Virus record (IMG/VR): IMGVR_UViG_3300011577_000001
Length of the DNA stretch: 64,000 bases
Direction: 5' to 3' (one strand)
DNA from: a virus
Lineage: Duplodnaviria; Caudoviricetes
The notes below the pieces were generated by a model. The model was not told the DNA's origin. It made no database searches and worked only from the letters and a program-made list of their open reading frames with translations. Below, piece after piece: positions 57,700 through 64,000 of this stretch. The first letter of the stretch is position 1, and each line of letters begins with the position of its first letter. The position numbers and the translations under genes are program-made.

Positions 57700-59041
57700 T
57701 ATCCGGTTCCAGGAACAGGGTCAGGGACGTATTACTCACATACCGTCGAGCAGTCGAACCTGTACCCTTTAAGTGAATGTAGTCTTGAGTCATCGTGACT
57801 ACGCCAAACAGCTCCTTAGTCTCACCACCTGCTTCGTACAAGTAACGCACTGGCATCCCAGGGTAAATCAAACTGCCCCGAGAGTTCTCCCACTTGACCT
57901 GCACAGGCTGGCCTTTGCGAGAAGAGATCTTGGACAACGCAGACATCAAGTTGCTCGAGATCTTGTCAGCCGCTTGCACGACATGGTTTAACCCGTTCTT
58001 GGCTTCTTCGAACAACACCTCGGTAACGTTCCGCCCTCGCGAAAGGGTAGTGACGTTCTCGATGGTTTCCCCAAAGCTGTCGAAGATACTCTTGGCATCT
58101 GTGAAACGAATGCCGTTACCCTCACCCACTTGACGAGCGTTAGACGCATCCACCGAACGAGTCGAACCAGTGGCCAAGATGATCAACTGGTTTGCTGTCT
58201 GACGGAACGTGCGCTCGATCTCTGGGAAGCGGTTCTCAGGGACGTTAATCACTGTCAAACCGCTAGGGGTATCTTCGAAGCGTTGGGTGTTAAAGAGAGG
58301 CCATACATACCAAGAGCCTTGGTGTAGATAAAAACCGATCTCACTGTTGTAGATGCCGCCACACTTGTCTTGAATGTAGCTAGGTAGAGCCACTAACGGA
58401 GTCCCGTGTGGAATGACCACGTGAGCCCGCTTCTCAGTGTTATCGGCTGGCACCATGTCAATGGCCTCGATGCTCAGTCCCCGCTCCAAGGGCATCTTGT
58501 TGGACTGGTCTGCAAGCATGGCCTGTAAAACCTGCCACGGAGTGGCTTGCTTGAACACCCCACCCACCGTACAACCACGCAGCCATTCAGTCACGTTGTC
58601 GATCAACTGGAACTGGACTTTCATGATGTCGCCCAGGTCCCCCATCTGCACGGAATCCAACAGAGGAGACGCACCCTCTTTCGAGTGGTCACGTACGTCC
58701 ATCAAGATTGCTGTATAGATGAGGGTTTCTACCTGAGCGTTAGCAGAGACGGTGTCTGACACCTCCCCGATGTATTGGCGCTGGATTACTGCCTTGAGGT
58801 TGTTCCTGTGAGGGAACAGCTTCTGGGTGTATGTCCCTGCACCAAACACCACTTCCATCACGATCGAGTCAGCGTAGCTTTGGGTGAAATCTCGCACGAT
58901 ATCCACAGACATGAACTTCAGTGGGGCGATAGTGCTACCGTCAGGTAACTGGAACCACACTTCGTACAAGTAATGGACATCCTTCGCACCTTCCTTGGTG
59001 ATCTTGGAGATCTCATTCATTAACGTGCTTTTCTCGATCAT
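57683..59041 (-). CDS. putative virion protein, possibly baseplate-hub-like
   Basis: 452 aa; V.WENS...LIYPGMPV pattern resembles hub proteins; resemblance to phiKZ-like structural genes recalled, not searched. Confidence 0.5.
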   Translation of the reverse strand: MIEKSTLMNEISKITKEGAKDVHYLYEVWFQLPDGSTIAPLKFMSVDIVRDFTQSYADSIVMEVVFGAGTYTQKLFPHRNNLKAVIQRQYIGEVSDTVSANAQVETLIYTAILMDVRDHSKEGASPLLDSVQMGDLGDIMKVQFQLIDNVTEWLRGCTVGGVFKQATPWQVLQAMLADQSNKMPLERGLSIEAIDMVPADNTEKRAHVVIPHGTPLVALPSYIQDKCGGIYNSEIGFYLHQGSWYVWPLFNTQRFEDTPSGLTVINVPENRFPEIERTFRQTANQLIILATGSTRSVDASNARQVGEGNGIRFTDAKSIFDSFGETIENVTTLSRGRNVTEVLFEEAKNGLNHVVQAADKISSNLMSALSKISSRKGQPVQVKWENSRGSLIYPGMPVRYLYEAGGETKELFGVVTMTQDYIHLKGTGSTARRYVSNTSLTLFLEPDNEQSS

Positions 59042-59610
59042 ACCTGAGCGCCTCGACGGATCAATTGGTCAGCCAGACCTTCTACCATCATTGAGTGCTC
59101 CATCGGGATGTTCTGTTGCACTTCGGCCGGGGTGGTCATGTCACGACGTACCGCGCGACGGCTGAGGCGATCCAGACTACGGAACAGACGTGAGGTACTA
59201 ACTTCGGTCTGCACATGCTGACGAGCCATCGGATAGATCAACGCTGCGAACTCTTCCAGAATCCGCAGGTCGTTCACCGGTACTTGGTCACGCAGACCAG
59301 GGTCGCGGTTGACTTCGTCTTGCCAGTCGTTAATGTGTTCCAAGATCCATCCATAGATCTGTTTGGATTCATCCGGGTTGACGAGAGCGATTGATGCACC
59401 TTGCTCAGCGTAGCCTGCCATCTGGTGAACGGTTAAGTTCACCTTCACCAAGTTCTGGTAGGCGGCAGCATCCACGTCAGAGTCGCCCGAGGAGTACAGT
59501 CCAAACTTCTGAACATACTCCTGCGAGTAAAGGTACATCTGTGGGATCAGACATTCCACGAAGTAGTGGAAGATCTTGTAGGCTGCGGTGTGATGCTTTT
59601 GTTCTAACAT
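59038..59610 (-). CDS. hypothetical protein in a putative structural operon
   Basis: 190-aa ORF, overlapping both neighbours. Confidence 0.75.
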   Translation of the reverse strand: MLEQKHHTAAYKIFHYFVECLIPQMYLYSQEYVQKFGLYSSGDSDVDAAAYQNLVKVNLTVHQMAGYAEQGASIALVNPDESKQIYGWILEHINDWQDEVNRDPGLRDQVPVNDLRILEEFAALIYPMARQHVQTEVSTSRLFRSLDRLSRRAVRRDMTTPAEVQQNIPMEHSMMVEGLADQLIRRGAQV

Positions 59611-61013
59611 CAGTAATCCCTCAAGCCGACCTTGATCAGGATCATCAACATCGGAACGTAGTAGAACCGTTCCAGGTTAGACCAGTTCTTGGAGGTACGC
59701 ACCAAGTACAACAGCACGGTCTTGTCGATGGCTTCGCCTTGCAACATGTCCCACAGCAGTTTCTCGAGCTTGGAGAACCCCTCAGGATTGTTCTCGTAGA
59801 ACGCATCCGACAACACGTAGTAGTCGTTCTTATACACTCGATGGATATCTGGGAGAGCAGCTACCCCTACAGCTTCCTCAGAGGCCGTATGGAAGCCTTT
59901 CATCTCTCCCTGCACCAACACACGCCGCAGGTCATTAAAACGCGTCTTACCGCCTAATAGACGCCCTGGAACCAACGGGTCGTTGTATTGCTCCTGACCA
60001 TCAACATGGATCAGGCTAGAACGCTCCGTAGGGAACACTACCTGTTGTACGCCACTGTAGTAGATACCGTCGAACAGAGGACTTTCATCAAACTGTCGGT
60101 ACGACACTACGCCTGCCGTTTGGAAGCACAGGTCCAACATGTCAGCGTCACCAGCAATCAGACAAGTCCAAAGGTTGTTCTCTTTGTACCGGATCGAGCG
60201 GTCAGTGTTGAGCGCTTTGATCTTCATGATGGTGTTGTTGTCGGAGTTGTCCAACGTCGACAGGAAAGCCGTTACAAAGAACGGATCGTAGGTAGGGGTC
60301 GGAATCCCATCCACGTCCTGATCGGGAAGGATCAACGTCGCGTACTCGGTGTTGTAGAAATCCACCAAGTACTGGTTGAGCAACTTCTTGTAACCCCGGT
60401 TCAACTCAGCGATCTGTTCAAACTCGCTGGTAGCGATCACAGGGTTCTGACCGTAGTAGATAAAGTCACGAACAAACGTCGTATCCTTCACCACTTTGCG
60501 TGCAAGGTCATCCTTGTACTGCTTGGTCAGGTAATCACGCATAGCGTAGTCAATAGCGTAGACTGCGTCTTTGAACACCGCTTTCTTTTCGGAGCGAATG
60601 ACCGTAAACACGCCCACCTGACCATCACCAACATCGGCCAAGAAGATGTCGCCTTGGTTCGGCTTGGTACCGCCATACACGGTAGCGGAACCAGTGATGA
60701 TCGTGTTACGGTCAGCGTCTTGCTGCTGGTACGACAGTGGGGTGGTGACTTTCAGTTCCAAGTGACGAATCAGCTTGTACTGTTGGTAGATCGGCTTTTG
60801 CGTCAGTTGCAGGTCAGAGGTTTCGTTGTCCAGGTCGAGTACTTGGTTGTAGTAATCGACAGTCCAGCTAGCACCTTCAACGTGGGTCAGCAGAGCAGTT
60901 TGCGGAATATACCGAGAGTCCACCACCTGATTGCGAACTTCGGGCGCCACGGCAATCGGTTCAACCGGAACCGCCTTCGGTGGCAAACCCTGTTTGGAGT
61001 CTAAGATTGGCAT
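59610..61013 (-). CDS. putative virion structural protein
   Basis: 467 aa, operon context; EG..W.VDYY.Q, PN.GD.F.AD.GDG, YDPF motifs recalled from phiKZ-like virion proteins. Confidence 0.55.
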   Translation of the reverse strand: MPILDSKQGLPPKAVPVEPIAVAPEVRNQVVDSRYIPQTALLTHVEGASWTVDYYNQVLDLDNETSDLQLTQKPIYQQYKLIRHLELKVTTPLSYQQQDADRNTIITGSATVYGGTKPNQGDIFLADVGDGQVGVFTVIRSEKKAVFKDAVYAIDYAMRDYLTKQYKDDLARKVVKDTTFVRDFIYYGQNPVIATSEFEQIAELNRGYKKLLNQYLVDFYNTEYATLILPDQDVDGIPTPTYDPFFVTAFLSTLDNSDNNTIMKIKALNTDRSIRYKENNLWTCLIAGDADMLDLCFQTAGVVSYRQFDESPLFDGIYYSGVQQVVFPTERSSLIHVDGQEQYNDPLVPGRLLGGKTRFNDLRRVLVQGEMKGFHTASEEAVGVAALPDIHRVYKNDYYVLSDAFYENNPEGFSKLEKLLWDMLQGEAIDKTVLLYLVRTSKNWSNLERFYYVPMLMILIKVGLRDY

Positions 61014-62515
61014 TAGGGTTTTCCTCTCTTAGCGATGATACCGGTAACGCCTACCGTGTACATCCGACGTACTTGGGATTCCTGCTTCTTGTTGATCAAG
61101 TCTTTCAGCCAATCGATTGGGAAGACACCACCGATCAGAGGAGGCAGGGGTTTCTTGCGCGGGTACAGAGTCTTGATGACTTCAATGCAGAACTCACCGT
61201 CCTTGCGCAAACGATCAATCGCATCAGGACTGAGTACCGAGAGGTCAGTGACGATGCCGAACCGCATGTGGTACATATAGCGAGGGTTCATGTCCAGTGA
61301 ACAGGTCAAGTTCCCATCTGCATCCATCAGCACCGTACCGTCTGGCATCGGCTTACCCCAACGGTAGAGACCGAAGTGGAAGATCGAGTTATACAGACTG
61401 TTGATGTACGGCCATTCCTTCTTGAGGAAGTTGAGTGTAGCAGGACTGAATTCAAAGTCGCCCAGCTCGTGGATATTGAACAACTCGCCACGGTCCTCAC
61501 CAATGCCCACCAGAACGTCTAGCATGCTCGCTGTGCGTGAGTGATGCCATTCAGGCAACCAGTCATCGAATGCAGGGATACGGTTCCCTAAGAGCGGCTG
61601 AGAGCGTTCCTTGTAGAGGTTGGTAAATTGATCGTAGAAATAACGATCGTTTGCAGGACGACGTGCACGCTTGATCAACTCGTACACCGAGTATTCACTG
61701 CGGTACTTGACGTCGATCAGTTGGTTGTGGATTGCCACAGGGTAATGGAATTGCACACCCACTACTTTGTCGTACTGGAACGTGTAATCGAATCCAGTCT
61801 CCCACGGTGCACCATCGCCAGCCTTTGAACCTTTGTCGGGCTGGGCCACGAAGTTAAACCCACCAACGATCCCCACTTGCTTCTCAGTGATCGCCATGAT
61901 GGGTTGAGTACCTGCTTGGGTAGTCAGTTGGGTTGCACGACCAGTGATGTGATCCTTAACCCACTTCCCTAACTCCTCACCGTAACCCTCCACCCGTTCA
62001 CGCATCTCGAAGATCTCGTGGAGGATGATCGCTACAACGTCAGGGACCGGATAGTGGTAGTCCATCTCGTGAAGGATTTCCACACGACCTTGAGAACTGC
62101 GTACCCGGAATTCATCCCGCCACCGTTCAGCCATGGTCCGGTCTGGAGCACGGTAACGGAAGCTGATGGTTACTTCACACTGAACGTAGATGGGTTTGAC
62201 ATACACGTCCAGCTTTTGGTCGTAGAAAATAAAAGGTACGTTAGGCCGCTTCACTGCCGATGACAGTGTGCGGTCTTCAATGTACTGTTCGTCTGCTTCG
62301 ATGTTGATACGACCATTGAACGGGAACTTGTTTTGAATCCCGTTAGTCGTCATCGTAGAGCCTGGTTGGAATTGAGACTCGGCTGCTCCGAAGAACTCAA
62401 AACCCGTATCCTCAGGAAGCCTCATGATGCCAATGAGCTGTTTCGCTACCTGGACAATAGCTGGACGGGTAATAGAGTTATACGTCTCTGGTAGTTCAAC
62501 GACAATATTGGGCAT
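61013..62515 (-). CDS. putative virion structural protein
   Basis: Start MPNIVV (GGAG SD); TATG upstream; heads the 4-gene operon. Confidence 0.55.
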   Translation of the reverse strand: MPNIVVELPETYNSITRPAIVQVAKQLIGIMRLPEDTGFEFFGAAESQFQPGSTMTTNGIQNKFPFNGRINIEADEQYIEDRTLSSAVKRPNVPFIFYDQKLDVYVKPIYVQCEVTISFRYRAPDRTMAERWRDEFRVRSSQGRVEILHEMDYHYPVPDVVAIILHEIFEMRERVEGYGEELGKWVKDHITGRATQLTTQAGTQPIMAITEKQVGIVGGFNFVAQPDKGSKAGDGAPWETGFDYTFQYDKVVGVQFHYPVAIHNQLIDVKYRSEYSVYELIKRARRPANDRYFYDQFTNLYKERSQPLLGNRIPAFDDWLPEWHHSRTASMLDVLVGIGEDRGELFNIHELGDFEFSPATLNFLKKEWPYINSLYNSIFHFGLYRWGKPMPDGTVLMDADGNLTCSLDMNPRYMYHMRFGIVTDLSVLSPDAIDRLRKDGEFCIEVIKTLYPRKKPLPPLIGGVFPIDWLKDLINKKQESQVRRMYTVGVTGIIAKRGKP

Positions 62516-62707
62516 GTCGGGTCTCCAGTGTAAGATCATAGGATACCCGTAACTAACAGCATAAGGACCAGCCTTATAGGCTGGCTATATTGGGAATAAA
62601 GAGCCCCTAGACAACAGCGGTGTTTTAAGGGCATTTGATACGGCTGGGTAGTACAAAAATACCAAAAAAAAACACCCCTGTACAAGCGGGTGTTTCTTGT
62701 GCCGCAC

Positions 62708-63187
62708 TTACTCGTTCACGAAGCCACGATTGAACGCGGCGTCGGGTTGACCGGACATGTTGCGGATGACCATGTCGAACAGCATCGGGGTCTGTTGGTT
62801 CGCACCGAACTGACCAGCGGTGCAGGCCGGGATGACCAGGACTTTACCAGAACCGTGCGGCACGATGCCGAAGAACGACACCTGAACCATGCCGAACGAC
62901 TGGTAGTTCAGGTTGTTGATGTGCGGGCGCGGGTGCATGTAGCCTGGCTGAGCTTCACCCATTGGATCGGCGTCCCGATGACCGAGCGGATCGAGGAACA
63001 GGGTGTAGCCTTTGCTTTCTTGCAGGTCAGCAGCGAAGAGCGGATCGTGCTTGCCGATGGCCTCGACAACGCGTTCGAAGGAGGTGATCAACAAACGCTT
63101 GTCGAAGATCACACCGTTAACCAGGTTGGCCATCGGGATAACGTGGAAGAACGGTCGTTTGGTTTGGTCTTGCTGTTCCATTTGCAT
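62708..63187 (-). CDS. hypothetical early protein
   Basis: 159-aa ORF, biased codon usage. Confidence 0.75.
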   Translation of the reverse strand: MQMEQQDQTKRPFFHVIPMANLVNGVIFDKRLLITSFERVVEAIGKHDPLFAADLQESKGYTLFLDPLGHRDADPMGEAQPGYMHPRPHINNLNYQSFGMVQVSFFGIVPHGSGKVLVIPACTAGQFGANQQTPMLFDMVIRNMSGQPDAAFNRGFVNE

Positions 63188-63219
63188 ACTCTCTTGAGTT
63201 GAAGGTTTGACGGAGGGTG

Positions 63220-63531
63220 TTACTTAGCAGGGTGGTTCGGTGGAACGCCGACCTTGTAGGTGCGAATCCAGTTACGAACCTTGAAGAACTGATACCAGCC
63301 AACGATGTAGTTGACGATGATCAGAGGGATCAGCGCCAGCGCACCGAAGTGACCAGCGAGGATCAGAAACAGTGCAGTGCCAACCGTGAACTTGTAACGG
63401 TGAGGACAGCTCACGACGAGGAACTTCAGGGCACGGTCATCGTTCTTCTTCTCGAACAGGTAGATACCACGCAAGGTGATATAGAACCCAGAGACCAGAA
63501 CGAAGTACGCGAAGATGGTAAATGCAGTCAT
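63220..63531 (-). CDS. early membrane protein
   Basis: Start refined to MTAFT (AAGGGAG SD); 2-3 TM segments; first gene after the promoter at 63588. Confidence 0.75.
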   Translation of the reverse strand: MTAFTIFAYFVLVSGFYITLRGIYLFEKKNDDRALKFLVVSCPHRYKFTVGTALFLILAGHFGALALIPLIIVNYIVGWYQFFKVRNWIRTYKVGVPPNHPAK

Positions 63532-63587
63532 GGTTAAACTCCCTTGAGCTTTGAGATTAGAAGGTTTGGTACCAGTGTTACACCAGA

Positions 63588-63613
63588 GTAATATACATCT
63601 GAAATCTTTTTCA
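63588..63613 (-). promoter_or_regulatory. phiKZ-type early promoter
   Basis: Minus strand AAAAAGATTTCAGATGTATATTAC. Confidence 0.75.
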
Positions 63614-63625
63614 TTCCAGTTTACA

Positions 63626-63661
63626 GGCGGCATAAAAGCCCGCCCCGAAGGACGGGCTTTT
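63626..63661 (-). terminator. terminator (cUUCGg hairpin + TTTTATGCCG)
   Basis: Minus strand AAAAGCCCGTCC-TTCG-GGGCGGGCTTTTATGCCG. Confidence 0.8.
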
Positions 63662-63693
63662 ACTCAGACGACTGAATCAGTCGACTTCAAGAA

Positions 63694-64000
63694 TTACTTC
63701 TTGTCGCCGTCTTTCTTCTTGTCATCTTTCTTTTCGCTCTTGCCAGCGGCAGCGATGGAACGCTCCACCAGAGCCAGAGCCGAACGAACGGCGCTGAAGC
63801 CAGCGTTGTTCACTTGCAGCAGCGGACGGGTCAGGTCCTTGGTGGCTTTACGCAGACCGCGGTTGACGGTAGCGTTCGACCAGGCCTTGCCCAGCTTGCC
63901 TTGTTCGGCGGCGTTGACGAACTTCTCGGTGGTCTGAACAGCCTTCTCGCGAGCGGCGTTCAGCTTGTCCATGTAGGAACCTTTGGCCAGCAGGGTTTCC
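63694..64000 (-). CDS. 3' end of a highly expressed gene, possibly an internal head protein
   Basis: Frame open to the window edge; amphipathic helical C-terminus reminiscent of phiKZ internal-head paralogues (recall only). Confidence 0.5.
   Translation of the reverse strand, partial: ETLLAKGSYMDKLNAAREKAVQTTEKFVNAAEQGKLGKAWSNATVNRGLRKATKDLTRPLLQVNNAGFSAVRSALALVERSIAAAGKSEKKDDKKKDGDKK

Overview
This 64-kb window looks like part of a lytic jumbo myophage of the phiKZ-related (Chimalliviridae-like) group. This is inferred from gene content, densely packed hypothetical genes, phiKZ-type TATATTAC early promoters and paralogous virion-protein arrays; the host cannot be determined here. Bases ~1-44,400 are mostly minus-strand early/middle operons of small unknown genes mixed with nucleotide and NAD metabolism genes: DHFR, DHH phosphoesterase, NAD-dependent DNA ligase, class Ia RNR alpha/beta, thymidylate synthase, dCTP deaminase, a NUDIX protein, and a PRPP-synthetase-like + NAMPT-like pair matching the NARP1 anti-defence NAD-reconstitution pathway. 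This part also has a YgiB/YgiC (lipoprotein + GspS-like ATP-grasp) pair, an AbiEii/MenT-like nucleotidyltransferase, a SLOG/DprA-like protein, a coupled pair of proteasome-beta-like (Ntn) genes and two HNH endonucleases. Bases ~44,500-57,000 hold a ~16-gene array of two paralogous putative virion fibre families, followed by dTMP kinase and probable baseplate/virion genes. Most notable observations: (i) a modular fibre system with candidate donor-strand repeats whose number tracks the preceding head-domain genes; (ii) an active/inactive Ntn subunit pair; (iii) a degenerate Hint/intein-like insert beside the RNR active site; (iv) NARP1 with an adjacent NUDIX gene; (v) a hairpin+TATGC terminator grammar. 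All family calls were made by eye from motifs and no database searches were run. No tRNA, rRNA or CRISPR array was seen.
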